Assembly: GCF_018350175.1 (NCBI RefSeq)
Contig: NC_058368.1
Location: forward strand, 207,640,001 to 207,704,000
Direction of reading: 5' to 3'
Length of the DNA stretch: 64,000 nt
Source: Felis catus
Taxonomy: Eukaryota
The translations under genes and the position numbers were made by a program. The notes beneath the pieces are model-generated. The model was not told the origin of the DNA. It did no database searches and saw nothing but the letters and a program-made list of their open reading frames with translations. Shown here piece by piece: positions 1-12,970 of the stretch (its first letter is position 1; each line of letters opens with the position of its first letter).

Positions 1-2537
1 GTTCAGTTGTTTGAAAGTATGGATTTGTTTTTGTTGATGATGTCGAGTATAGTCAAAGTACCTTGCCTTTCCAATCATGTTATTAGGTGGATGTAAAAAT
101 GTCTTGGGATTCTCTGCATACAAGATGGTAGCTATGAGAAGGCCATGGTGGGGCAGCAGAATGAGCTCTGGTAGAAGGGACACTGCATTGCTGTATTTAG
201 AGAGAGCTGATCTAGGCTCCGTACCTGCCTCTGGAGCACATAACCCCTGGATCTCATAAACAAAATGAGCTGTTCGGTTCTCCTAAATGCCACTGGCCAT
301 TGAGGACACACTATTCCTCATTGAACACAACTGTCTTGCCTATCTTGCCTAGTGCAGGAATTTTTGCCTCCTTGACTTCTAGCCACTGGAAAGCTGGTGG
401 CACTCACGAGCCATCGCAGCAACCGAAAACAGTCCCTCCTCCACTCCCACCCCTAATTCCAAATGCTTCCTTGGAAGCTGGTACTGCCCCACCCCCACTT
501 GGAACCATGAGCAGATATATCCTGAGGTTCCTTTTTGCCCAGCATCCTATAACGACTGGCCAGGAGAAACAGTGAGCAGTCATAAGACTACAGTTTTACA
601 CCTCATAGAAACATCTTACATAGCAAGAAAGCTGCACAAAAAGGTGCCCTGACAGTTGAACTCATTATGAAATTACAAAGCAGCAATTCCACATACTTTC
701 ACAGAAAACTTTTGTCCTTCTTTTCTTGTGATGTCCAGAGAAAGGCAGGGCTTTTTATCCCACTGAGGTCAAAAGAAGCCCCCACTAGTGACAACAATCA
801 GGCACTCCCGCACTCCAGCCCATGTCAGCCACTCTCATCTCCAAACAGTTTTGATTCAATCTGCCCAGCTATGGCTGGATTGTATCAACTGGAGTCTTCT
901 CCAAACCCTATCAAATAGATGTCTAACCCACATGCTATTGACGTACTCCCCACTCCACCAAATGGGTCACTTCTGTAATGTTATCTTGGATTCTCCATAA
1001 AGGTTGAACAGTCAGTAGAGAGTCTGCCTGGGAAATGTCCTCCCTATTCTCCCTTCCCACCTCAGGTCCCCTTTTCTTTCCCCTAGCTCAGAGACTTGAC
1101 TATCAACAATTTCCCTCCTTTCTGGGAAGTTAGTGATCAATCTTGCTTACCCCTAGAATCATCCCAGCACACACATGCACACATGCAAACACATGGATGG
1201 GCAAGCAAACATACAGCCATGACTTCTGAGAAATTTTAAGGTACTCCTTTTCATAGAAACAAAACAAAACAAAACACTTGGAGGAACTGTTTCCGTATGG
1301 GGGGGAAGAGTTCTACCTGCATGTTTGCTTAGTTTATCAGTTGTTGATTTTCTGTTTTTGCCGAGTCCCTCCTTAGCTTCTTTCATTTTAGAGAGTAGCA
1401 TGTATTTTTTCAGTTATTTCACCAATGAGATGCTGAAAAAACGCTCAAAAGGAAGATGTTTAGCTTTTACCTTTTTAGAGCTTTCAAACAAATGAGATGG
1501 GGAGACACAAAGAGAAAGAGGGCACAGTTTTTGGTTTCATGGAATGGTAGAAAGAATATAAGACTTGAATAAGGAAAACAGGATGCTTGTCCCTGAATCT
1601 CCTGATTTTAAGCTCTGTGAATCACTAAACTTATCTAGACCTCAGATTTCTTATCTTTGATCAGAATGGAGGACATTTTTAAGAGGACATCACATAAGAT
1701 ATCATCCTAAGACTAAGTGATTCCCTTCTTCTGTGTTTCTAAGTCCTATGTAGAAGCAAGAAGATGGCCTCATAAAGGTCTATTTATGTCAAACTCGATG
1801 AACTACCCTGGAATAGTAGATTCACAAGAATGTTCAGTTCTACAGTTTTATGGTTCCGTCCTTAGGAACAGAGATTCTTATTCCTTGGTCATCTGCCCCA
1901 TAAGTGGTATAGGGTAGGTGGTCAAAGGCATCTTGCCTTCTTGATGAATCCACTTTGCCTGGTTCCATTCCCTTTCTGGATAGAAAACTGGCCGTCAGCA
2001 TTCTATAAAAAGTATATTAAAGATTGTTCCTCATCACTTTGTCTTCCTTTCCCCAATCTTATCAATCTGCCACATCTCCTAACGTCATCTTCTGGTTTTC
2101 CCGATAGCCTTCATCACCCTCCACTTCTATTTGTCACTTCCCCATCCATCCAGTTACCAATGGGGTAGTGCCCCGGGCAGCTTCAATGAGGCTTTTCCCA
2201 ATTCGTAATCACCAAGTTCTCTCACTTCAACTTTGGTGGGATCATATAAGGTTTGGTCCTTGTGGAAAGGGCAAATCATAACCAGAAGGAACTCTCAGAT
2301 AATGAAGTACTAACTAGGAGTGTCAGCTAGTAGCTGATACAATATTATTGAAGGTCAAAAATAAACAACCTGCATTTTAAGGCTGAAAAAGGAGGTTGTG
2401 ATAATATTACATTTCAGGCAACAAGTTGCACACCTTAGTAGTGCAATGACTACTTAAAGTTACCATTCTCTTCCAGTCTTCTACATTTGTATATTGACCT
2501 TTGAATATGACAAGGTATAGCACCATTTATTCTACTC

Positions 2538-2726
2538 CAGTGATTCTCAAGCTTTAGTGTATGTCAGAATGACCTAGAAGACTTATTAAAACACAGATTG
2601 CTGAGTCCCAGCCCCAGAGTTTCTAATTCAGTAGATCTGGGATGGGGCCTGAGAAGTTGAATTTCCAGTAAGTTCTCAGGTGATGCTGATGCTATTGGTA
2701 CTGGGCCCAGATTTCAAAAACTACTG
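2538..2726. mobile_element. MER5A-like hAT-Charlie MITE
   Basis: ends cagtgattctcaa...aaaaactactg; internal aaacacagattgctg...gagtttctaattcagtagatctgggatggggcc resembles MER5A. Confidence 0.75.
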
Positions 2727-2761
2727 TTTTGAAAATGGACAAATGCTATCCTCAGGTTATT

Positions 2762-2807
2762 TTTTTTTTAATTTGTTTTAAGTGTTTATTTTTGACAAAG
2801 AGTGTAC

Positions 2808-2841
<34 letters not shown>

Positions 2842-2996
2842 AAGCAGGGGAGAGACAGCGAGAGAAGGAGACAGAAGATCTGAAGCGGGCTCTGCACTGA
2901 CAGCAGACAGCCCGATGCGAGGCTCAAGCTCACCAATGGTGAGATCACAACCTGAGCCAAAGTCAGCCCTTAACCAACTGAGACACCTAGACGCCT
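2762..2996 (-). mobile_element. Can-SINE (SINEC_Fc-like)
   Basis: poly-T, (GA)n, reverse-complement tRNA-derived head; flanking repeat tcaggttattt. Confidence 0.9.
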
Positions 2997-3043
2997 CTGT
3001 CTTCAGGTTATTTAATTTTTTTTTTTTTTAAACAATCAACTTA

Positions 3044-3255
3044 GGGGCTCCTGGGTGGCTCAGTTGGTTAAGTGTCTGACTTTTGATATTGGCTCAGGTC
3101 ATGATCTCATGATGCATGAGATCGAGCCCCACGTTGGACTCCACGATGACAGTGCAGAGCCTGCTTGGGATTCTCTCCTTCTCTCTCTGCCCCTCCTGTG
3201 CTCTCTCTCTCTCTCAAAATAAATCAATAAAGTTAAAAAATAAATAAGTAATAAA
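3044..3255 (+). mobile_element. Can-SINE
   Basis: ggggctcctgggtggctcag...(CT)n...aataaa; TSD aaacaatc(a/t)actta. Confidence 0.9.
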
Positions 3256-3370
3256 ACAATCTACTTAAAACATCTTTTTATATCTTAATCTAAACCTTTT
3301 ACCAGCTCAGTAATGCCAGCATTAGCTGACTTGAGTTTCACTATTTCATTTAAAGGAGAAGAAAAAAAAT

Positions 3371-3561
3371 CGGTGTTACTCAAAGTGTGGTCTGTAGACC
3401 ACATGCATCAGAACTCCCCAAGATTCTAAGCAAGAAGACAGACCTCTGAGCCCTTTCCAAAAGCACCCGAATCAGAATGTCTAAGGAATGAGTTTTTAGA
3501 ACCTATTTATTATATAAGCACCCAAGTGATCTTTATGCACCCTAAATTGTGAAAACTACTG
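3371..3561. mobile_element. MER5-like hAT MITE remnant
   Basis: ctcaaagtgtggtc...catcagaa...gaatcagaa...aaaactactg. Confidence 0.55.
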
Positions 3562-3711
3562 CTATAGATCTAAGTTCAATAATCAGGCTAATAACCAAGG
3601 TCTGAACAGTTGAATTCTGAAAATTGAATAAGAACCTAAAATAGGATTCTTTCCAGGAACTAGGAGTCATATTTCAGTTGAAGTATCTAAAATAACAAAT
3701 ACCATTTTTGC

Positions 3712-3936
3712 TTTTTTTTTTTTTAATTTTTTTAACGTTTATTTATTTTTGAGAGAGAGACACCCACAGCATGAGTGGGGGAGGGGCGGAGAGAGAGGGA
3801 GACACAGAATCCATAGCAGGCTCCAGGCTCTGAGCTGTCAGCACAGAGCCCCACACGGGGGCTTAACTCACAAACCATGAGACCATGACCTAAGCTGAAG
3901 TTGAACGCTTAACTGACTGAGCCACACAGGCACCCC
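3712..3936 (-). mobile_element. Can-SINE
   Basis: reverse-complement SINE consensus with poly-T end. Confidence 0.9.
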
Positions 3937-5448
3937 AGCCATTTTACCTTTTAAAAGAAATATGCTATGTAATTTACTGATGTTTCACATGTAAGGGTAC
4001 ACACCTATAAAGGTACACATATTGCTGTACATAGTTGATTTTTCCCCAGCATGTACTCGTTTCTTTGTCACTGAGTAATTAACTTGTACTTTTTTCTGTT
4101 TAATGTCATCCTAGTTAGACCTCTCTAACTTACCAGGGAATCTTTCAACATAGTTTTTATTTTCTAAAGCAACTGTAGCCCCTACAGCGAGGTTTTATCA
4201 CCAATCTGAGTTACATGTGCCCCTTTGATGTAGTCCTGCAAAAAACTGCATTGGAGGTTTGGTGAAAATGAGCATTGTGACACAATTTGTAGGTGTCAAA
4301 GTTTACCAAGTATAAGTAATACAGTTTTAGCAAAGCATACCAGAAGAAACCAGGCTGGGGGATTTTAGGTGGGTTGGTATCCATCATACGTTGATTGTTT
4401 GAGAGAAGTCCTGGAACATACGGAAAGCCCAAAGTGGGGGCTTACCAACACTCTTATCCTTCCTCCCACTTTCGTAACACTGAAACTCCAACATCACTAC
4501 CTTTCATGGTTATGAAAGATGCATTTAGCAAGCCACATTATCTGGATCTAATACGGGTATTTCATGTCCAATTTCTCACTAGGTTACTAGCACTGTCTTG
4601 CTTCATTGTCCACAAACTACGTAATAATGATTAACTACCAGCTCTGTACAGGCACACAACAATCAAGTAACGAGGATCAGTCAATGGATGAGGGCAGAAG
4701 TTCTCTACAAGTTAAAAGGGATTTGACTCCAAGTCCAAAGTATGTGGTCTTGACAGATACTCACTGTCCGACTAGTTTGGATTCTTGTCTCCTCCCTGGC
4801 TGACATTTCTGGCTGACCTTTGACTAGTCCAGTTCTTATATATTCACGATCCTTGGTCTTGGTCTTGTACTCCCAAATGGTCCTGCTCTCTTATTGCCAA
4901 AGATTTGCTATCTCTTGGCCAAGTCACTGATTTTAAGTTCAATAAATTTTAGACCTAGTGAATTTCTCTATTGGGTAACATTTTATTCCAATTCCAAGAC
5001 TGATATTAAAAGTTATTATTTCTACTAATTACAACTTCTGCTTATATTTGACTATAATTCTTTCTATTCAGTGCCCTGTAACATTCAATTCCACTACTGT
5101 GTACTAAAACTCGTATTATGGTGTCCAACCATACAGTGATATAGGATAGGAATGTCTGGGCAGAGACCAGCTAGGGAAAATTCCTTAGGCAAGAACCAGC
5201 TTAATGTGGTTAAAAAAATGGAAACACATAGAGTGGTCTGGAATATGATAGGTGAAGGGGGAATAGGCCAGAATAATAGGCACTGACCAAATCCCACAGG
5301 TCCTAAGAAGTCATACTTTGGAATTTGTGAAAGGAAGCCATGAAAATTGGAGTCATTATGAACAAGAATGTTACAATCCGCTTTACATTTTAGGACATCT
5401 TTTGCTATGAGGAGAATAAAATGTAGGCAAATAAAAATGAAACTGAAA

Positions 5449-5880
5449 GGGATGCCTGAGTGGCTCAGTCGGTCAAGGGTCCAACCCTTGATTTCAGCTC
5501 AGGTCATGATCTCACAGTTGTGAGATCATGCCCCACATCAGGCTCAGTGCTGGGTGTGGAGCCCTCTTGAGATTCTCTCTCTCCTTTTCCTCTGGCCCTT
5601 CCCTGAGCACACAACTCTGTCTAAAATAATAATAATAATGCGGCACCTGGATGGCTCATTCAGTTGAGCATCCGACTTCACCTCAGGTCATGATCTCATG
5701 GTTTGTGAGTTCAAGCCCCACATTGGGTTCTGTGTTGACATCTCAGAACTTGGAGCCTGCTTCAGATTCTGTGTTTCCCTCTCTCTCTACCCCACCCTGC
5801 TCATGCTGTCTCTCTCTTTCTCTCTCAAAAATAAATAAATATTTAAAATTTTTAAATAATAATAATAATGATAATAATTA
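5449..5880 (+). mobile_element. Two tandem Can-SINEs; the second (5641-5880) is inserted in the tail of the first
   Basis: two heads; aaataataataataatg is repeated on both sides of the second copy. Confidence 0.85.
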
Positions 5881-6044
5881 AGCTGAAAGACTGGCTAGAA
5901 GGCTTTAAGGTGAGAAACAATGTGGTTTGGACCAGAATTGCACAGTGGAAGAGAGAAGTAGATAAATTTGGAATGTTTCAGACGTAGCATTGATAGGAAT
6001 TGCTCACGTATTGGGTGTAATGAGTCAGAAAAACAAAAGAGGAA

Positions 6045-6235
6045 TATTTATTTATTTTGATAGAAAAAGAGAGAGAAAGAGAGAGAGAGAGGGAGAGAGA
6101 GAGAATCCTAAGCAGGCTCTTCATTGTCAGCGCAGAGCCCATTCAGGGGAGGACTCAGTCTCACCACTGTGAGATCATGACCTGAGCTGAAATGGAGAGT
6201 CACATGCTTAACTGACTGAGCCACCCAGGTGCCCC
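6045..6235 (-). mobile_element. Can-SINE
   Basis: ends ...tgagccacccaggtgcccc. Confidence 0.85.
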
Positions 6236-6792
6236 TGGAGTTTATCAATTCGATTTAGGGACTGTAAAACTTGGTACATATTGTTTGCTTAGAATAATTA
6301 AGCAAAGCATACAGAGAAGATCAATGAGGTGGAGAAATGTGTACATCCAACTGGTAAGCCTGACTGAGCTGTGGACAGTCAAGACAGTGTATTTCAATCT
6401 GAGGTCTTTGGACATTCTTAGAGATCCTTAAACTTAGAGATCTTAAATTTTCCATACAAAATTTTTAATTGGGTTTTTAGTCAAGTGAAAAACTAAAAAA
6501 ATTAATAATAATATAAGCCTGGATTTACATTAATTTTCACTCAAGTACACTCTTATTTGCCTCAGACTAATGATAAAAGAACAAATGAAGGCCAAACAGT
6601 GTCACCATGAACTATAAAAACAAAGATTTCACAGTAGTTAGAAAAAGAAATATAGTGGGGAAGATTGAGTTATAACACAAGACAAAACTATAGCGACACT
6701 AAACTCAAAAGAATATTCCTAATTAGATCATTTTAATTAAAAATAGGATATCCTATTTTTAGGATTAATGTAAATGCAAATAGGATATGACA

Positions 6793-6975
6793 GGGCGCCT
6801 AGGGGGCTCAGTCAGTTAAGCATCCGACTCTTGATATCAGCCCAGGTTGTGAGATCTCTCATCGTGAGATTGAGCCCCTTGTCAGGCTCTCCGCTGAGCA
6901 TGGATTCCCTCTCTCCCTCTCTCTCTGCTCCTCCCTTCAAATAAATAAACATTAAAAAATATTATATGAAGAAAA
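6793..6975 (+). mobile_element. Can-SINE
   Basis: gggcgcctagggggctcag...aataaa; flanking aaatag(g/a)atatga. Confidence 0.85.
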
Positions 6976-7928
6976 TAGAATATGAATATGAACTAAAAAG
7001 TGGGTTTACTCAATGGTTAAACACATGCTAATAATTGCAAAGATTTATTAGCACCATAAAAAAGTTATACAAATACACCTAATTTAACTAAATTTTCCCT
7101 CACAGATCCATAATAAGGAAAGGGAATGAACATTAAACGAAGTGCCTACTGTGAGCTAGGTACTTGGGTAGGCACTTTTGTTAACTAACATAATTATCAT
7201 AAATTATCGTGAAGTGGGATTTTTATCATTTTACAGATTAAACAGAGGCTCAGAACGATGAAGTCATTGAAAAATGGCTAAAAACGTCCAGTGGCAGACA
7301 GGTTATGAAGAGACAAGACTTCAGCTAGTCTACAGTGACAGCCACTGGGGGACAATTTGACAGGACTTTCGTGAATATAAAATGTGCAAGTCCCTCTATC
7401 TCAGCAACTCTACTTTTAGACATCTCTTCTAGAAAACCACTGCCACATATACACAGAAGCATGTTCGTGGATGTTCACTGCCCCCTTGTTAGTAGGCAAA
7501 GCGGAAAAGACTAAACAAACCATGGATTGTCCTGATCACACAACACACTGCCACAGTTACAAAGAATGACATAGGCCCAGTATATGTAATATGGTATTCA
7601 GAGTACAGTAATATTTGAGGTTTTAACTCAATATTGCTATGCATACATTCATAGGTGAGTAAATGCATAGAAAAAGTTCTGCAAAGATAAACAATAATTG
7701 CCTCTGGGAAGAAGAGCAGAATGGAGGGTGAGAGGTCATGTGAAATGTTACTTTATCTGTGCCGTAAAACTTTTTCCAGAAATGTTTAATATATTATTTG
7801 GGTAAATAAAAATACTTATTTTTTTTTTAAGAAAAGAAGGAAGAAAGAAAGTTGCATAAGACCATACCTCTAATAGGAGCTTCTCTATGACTTTTCTGGG
7901 TCTTCTATGTCTTTCTCTTCTCTAGGTC

Positions 7929-7950
7929 TTTTTTTTTAATGTTTATTTAT

Positions 7951-7998
<48 letters not shown>

Positions 7999-8137
7999 CA
8001 AGCAGAGAGGGTGAGAGAGAGACTCACAAGCAGGCTCTGTCCTGACATGGGGCTCAAACTCAGGAACCATGCAATTATGACCTGAGCCAAAATCAAGAGT
8101 CAGATGCTCAACCGACTGAGCCACCCAGGTGCCCCCT
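7929..8137 (-). mobile_element. Can-SINE with expanded (GA)n
   Basis: SINE head at the right end; roughly 21 GA units. Confidence 0.9.
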
Positions 8138-10249
8138 TCTTTAGGTATGATTTATCATCTGATGCTTTTGTGCTCTTGACTCAGAATCCCACCTTTCTTT
8201 TCCCCAGGTGATCTTCCAAAAACAGCAATGACAATAATAGTCATTGTCATGGAAGAGGTAGGCATTCACTGAACCGAGTACCTTCTATTTACACCCACCT
8301 TCTACATAGTTGTGCTTTTTACAGTCACACGGGGTTATAGTCACATTTGTTTTTCCAATGCTTCTTCCTTTGGAGTCTCACCAGGACACCTGTTCTGTCC
8401 AGGAACTACAGGTGAAGCTTTTCCTTCTTTGTTGGCAGTTCTGTCCTCTTTCCTGAACTCCTATGCCTCTCTACCTGGTCTGACAATCCAATTTACCCCT
8501 TTCCAAATGCCATAGTTTTAGCAGGGAAAAAAAGGCTTCCTGGATGAACCTGTGATCAATTTCCCTTAATAAAAAACTTTTCTTTATGGCACTTCCTGTT
8601 TCTTAACTTACAAAGGTGATTTGTCACAAATTAATATAGCCTATAATTGTGCTTTGTTTGGTGTGCAGAATTTTTCCGATTTTTATTTGTTTTATTTATT
8701 TATTTTGTTTTGTTTACCTAGTTGCCAACATTCAGAAATTGGTAAACAGGAGACTTGTGCCCTGTCTCAATGGGGTGGCTACTGCGAGGCTCTAGCTCGT
8801 TGTAAATATGTGACGAATGAATCTAGATTTTTCTATGAAATCTTCCAAAGTCACATTTCCACCTCAGTGTGCACAAGCATGTTCCTACCTGCCTTCCAAT
8901 GACAGTTGACCTTGAACCCCCTGTTTTAATTATTCCTCTATTTGCTCATATTCTAAAACTGTGATAGTGTCTCTGCAGCATCAAAATTTACTCCTTTTCT
9001 GCTCATAGATGTTATATATCTGGGTTATATTGATTTTATTTTCAAAGTATTAATTTCTCCAGAACATTCACTATCCCTTCAACATATAAAGTAGTTCACA
9101 TGCAAATGTTTCTAAAACTTGAATTCTAGTACTTTCTTTGCTCCCAGGTAAGTTGTTCGTATACTTTTAAAACATCTTTTAGTATTTGAAGAAAAGAAAT
9201 ACAGTTCTTGTCTTCTGCTCAAATATGCTCTATCTCAGAGTAAGAAAGAGGCACTTGGTAAATTATGAGCATTTGACCAAAAAACCCATAAATCTTTCCT
9301 ATATACTGACTTTTTAAATTATAACTTATAGTCTTTACAAAAAGGAAAGATTCAAAAGTCAGTAGTCTTCTGTCAAATTACCACCTAATAACTTGAATTT
9401 CATCTTATGAATAGAAAATAAAATCATTTATAAAAATAATTTACATTTGATATTTAATATATTACATTTGATATATGGTGACATATAACTATACGAATAA
9501 TTATATAGACAACAAATGAATAGTCAACAAAGCTATTGGGGTAGTGAAGTTTTAAGAGTGAAAAAATATTCAGAGACCCTGAATGTTAGTTAGGTCTAAC
9601 ATAGAGAAGTTTTGAGATAATGAAGACTTTCTTTACTTATTTTTCTCTAATTGATGATCATATTGTTTTGATCTCTACTTCTTCACCTTCATCCAAATTT
9701 CTGCTTTGATTAACAATGTAAACACACATGTTTCAGTATTACTTTTCTTTCCATTTTGATGGACTATTCTAAGCCGGCCATGATTTTCTTGGCAGCTTGC
9801 TTTCAAAGTAAAGTGTTTCTTACTAATATAGTTACAGTGCTTTGTTTTCAACTACATTGGTTTTCAAAATTTCCCATCCACTATGGGTTTACAAATCCTT
9901 TGAAGATAAGAACAGATGACTTTGAATTAGGGCAAGGAGAAATTCGGTAAAATGAGGTGTTCTAAGCCTGTGACCCAGAAGTTTCAAGTCCTGCCTTTGA
10001 AGGCTGCTGGGGATCTTGTCAAAAATTTTAAGATAATTTAACATAAATGGCAATATCTACTTATATGTCTGTATTGTAAATGATATTCTATATGAGAGCA
10101 AATGCCAATCATGAAAGAGATAATGTTCTTTCTCAACAATTCATCTAAATAGAATGCTATGTATACCTCTAACATATATAAAGGAGACACAAATATACAC
10201 ACACACAAATAGGATGTCATATAAGCATTTGAAAAGATCCTTAGCCTCA

Positions 10250-11500
10250 CTCAAAAACATAGAATGCAAGTTAAAATTTTACACCATTTTTTTTACTCCC
10301 CAGAAATTGTTAAAGACTAAAAAAGCATGATAATGCACAGTGTTAGTGAGGTTATGGTAAAATCAGTATTCTCCTCTTGAGCTAGAAGACAAATGAATTG
10401 TAAAATCTCACTAAATAGCATTATTTACCAAATTATTTTAATGTTTGCTTTTTTTGACCCACCAATTCCACTTTCTAAGAATTGATGTTACAGATGTATT
10501 TATGCTTGTGGGCAAAGACACGGGTACAAGAATAATTTTATAATAGTAATTATCTAATAATCCAAAAATATGGAAGAATAAGAAACAACCTAGAGTCCCT
10601 CCAATGGTCAGACAACTCTACTCTGGGCATATATCCAAGAGAAATGAAAACGTATGTCTACAAAAGATGTGTACAAGAAGGTTCATACCAGCATGATTTA
10701 TAGTAGCTACAAAGTGGAAAAAGCTCAAATGCCCACCATTGACGAATAGATAAATAGATGTGGCACCCATGCAGTAGGCTTTTCTTCAGCTATAAAAAAG
10801 AATAAAGTATCGGTATCTGCTACAACACGATTGAACTCCAAAAATAACTTAGTGAAAGAAACCAGTCACAAGAGACCACATATTGTATGATTCTATTAAT
10901 TTGAAATGGCCAGAGTAGACAAATCTAAAGAGACCAAAAGTAAATTATTGGTTGCCTACAGCAGGAGTAGGAGGGCAGGGACAGGGATCAGCTGCTAATA
11001 GGTTACAGGGCTTATTTTTGTGGTGATTCGTATGTTCTAAAATTAGGTTATGGTGACGGTTGCACAACTATAATATACAAATACCATTGAATTGTAGACT
11101 TTAAACTAGTATGTTTATTGAATTATACCTCAATAAAGTTATTTTTTTTAATAACCTAAATTTCCATCAATAAGGTGACTGGTCAAATAAATGATGGTAA
11201 ACCTATGCAACAAAGAGCTCCATAGCTATGGGGGGAAATTTGGTTTCCTTATATATAGAATAATCTCTTTTTTAAATGAAGAAAACAAAATATAGAATAA
11301 CATGTACCATGGTCCCATTTGTATAAGAAAAAAAATGGAGTATTTCTTGAAAAATGTACATTTCTTAAAAGACTGGTAACAGTTGTCTTTAGGGTGGAGA
11401 CTGGGAGACAGGATCTAGAATGTGAGATTTCTTTTCAACAGTCCCTCTTCTATTTTCTTAAATGATTTGCCATGTATATATCTATTTTACAATAAACTAT
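10250..11500 (+). mobile_element. Old L1 3' fragments: an L1MB-like piece (~10610-11140) nested in an older L1M element
   Basis: ccaagagaaatgaaaac..., gtgaaagaaaccagtcacaa, ...tacctcaataaag; the older element resumes at ~11150. Confidence 0.7.
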
Positions 11501-11511
11501 TTTAAATCAGT

Positions 11512-11748
11512 TTTTTCTTTTTTTTTAATTTTTAATGTTTATTTATTTTTGAAAGAGAGAGAGAGAGAGAGAGAGAAACAGAGCGTGAGTGGGGGAGGAG
11601 CAGAGAGACGGAGACACAGAATCCGAAGCAGGCTCCAGGCTCTGAGCTGTCAGCACAGAGCCCAATGCAGGGCTCAAACCCACAAACCACAAGATCGTGA
11701 TCTGAACCAAAGTCAGATGCCTAACAGACTAAGCCACCCAGGTGCCCC
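11512..11748 (-). mobile_element. Can-SINE
   Basis: reverse-complement consensus; source of ORF 11462..11785. Confidence 0.9.
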
Positions 11749-12194
11749 AAATTATTATTTGTTTTTTCTAAAGGGAAAAGAGTAAAGGAAAAAGAATGTC
11801 CAAATCAGTAGAACATTAAATGCCCTGCCAAGTAAATAGACACAGAGTGTTGGGTACACAAAGATGTTGACAATGGAGACCCACCCTCAGAAGTTCACTG
11901 TGGAACCAGGAAAAACAAATAGATACAGAGATACATAGATACACAGATGATAAACTTTGGGAATTTTAAAGACAATAAAATTAATGTAAGAAACCACCTG
12001 TGCGTGCTCTGTGTACAAATGGAGAGCTCTCTGAGCGACATTAGGTTGCATCAGTGTTAACACTATAGAAGGGCAGTGCAACCACACTACATTTAAAAGG
12101 GCAGGTGGCCTTTCAAAAGCTTTCTTTCCACAAAATGGTCAGATGTATGGCAATTAGCATGTGGTTTCAGGCAAAAATGGTAGTTTAGAAAACT

Positions 12195-12304
12195 TTTTTC
12201 TTAAGTAGGCTTCACTCCCGGTGTGAAACCCAGTGCAGGGCTTGACTCATGACCCTGAGATCAAGAGTCAGATGCTTAACTGACTGAGCCACCCAGGCAC
12301 CCCT
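12195..12304 (-). mobile_element. Short Can-SINE variant
   Basis: SINE head; TSD tagaaaacttttttt. Confidence 0.8.
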
Positions 12305-12737
12305 AGAAAACTTTTTTTTTAGTTGTTAGAGTATGATTATCCTATTCTGTCTACACAGATGGAAACAAATGTGCCCTCAAACGTGTAAGAAGAGCCTATC
12401 CCATATAGAACAAACACAACAGTTGCAGGTTCTAGGATAATTCATAAGTAGAACACCTGTTATTTTCTGGACAGGTACACCTTTATAATGTGTATAATAA
12501 TTCCTCATTCTCATAGCCATCCTGCAAGTTAGGAATCTGTAGTCTCAATTCAACAGGCAAGGAATAGAAAACCCAAAGAAGCAAAATAAGTCATCCCGTG
12601 TAACACAACTAGTGCTGATTGGGATTGGTAGTCAAACCCAAGTTTGAATGACCCCAGCACAACTATTCCCTCTACCAGACCATTTCTCTTCCCATGTTGA
12701 AAATTGCTTCTGGCGTGTTTAGGAATCAGGACAGTGA

Positions 12738-12970
12738 GGGGCACCTAGGTGGCTCAGTCGGTTGGGCCTCTGACTTCAGCTCAGGTCATGATCTCTCACT
12801 CTGTGAGTTGGAGCCCTGCCTCGGGCTCTGAGGTTACACCTCAGAGGCTAGAACCTGCTTCTGATTCTGTGTCTCCCTCGCTCTCTCTCTGCTCCTCCCC
12901 CTCTTGTACTCAGTCTCTCCTTCTCTCTTTCTCTCAAAAATAAATAAATATTTTTAAAAAAAAATTTTTT
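12738..12970 (+). mobile_element. Can-SINE
   Basis: ggggcacctaggtggctcag; TSD-like aggaa(t/c)cagga(c/a)agtga. Confidence 0.9.
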
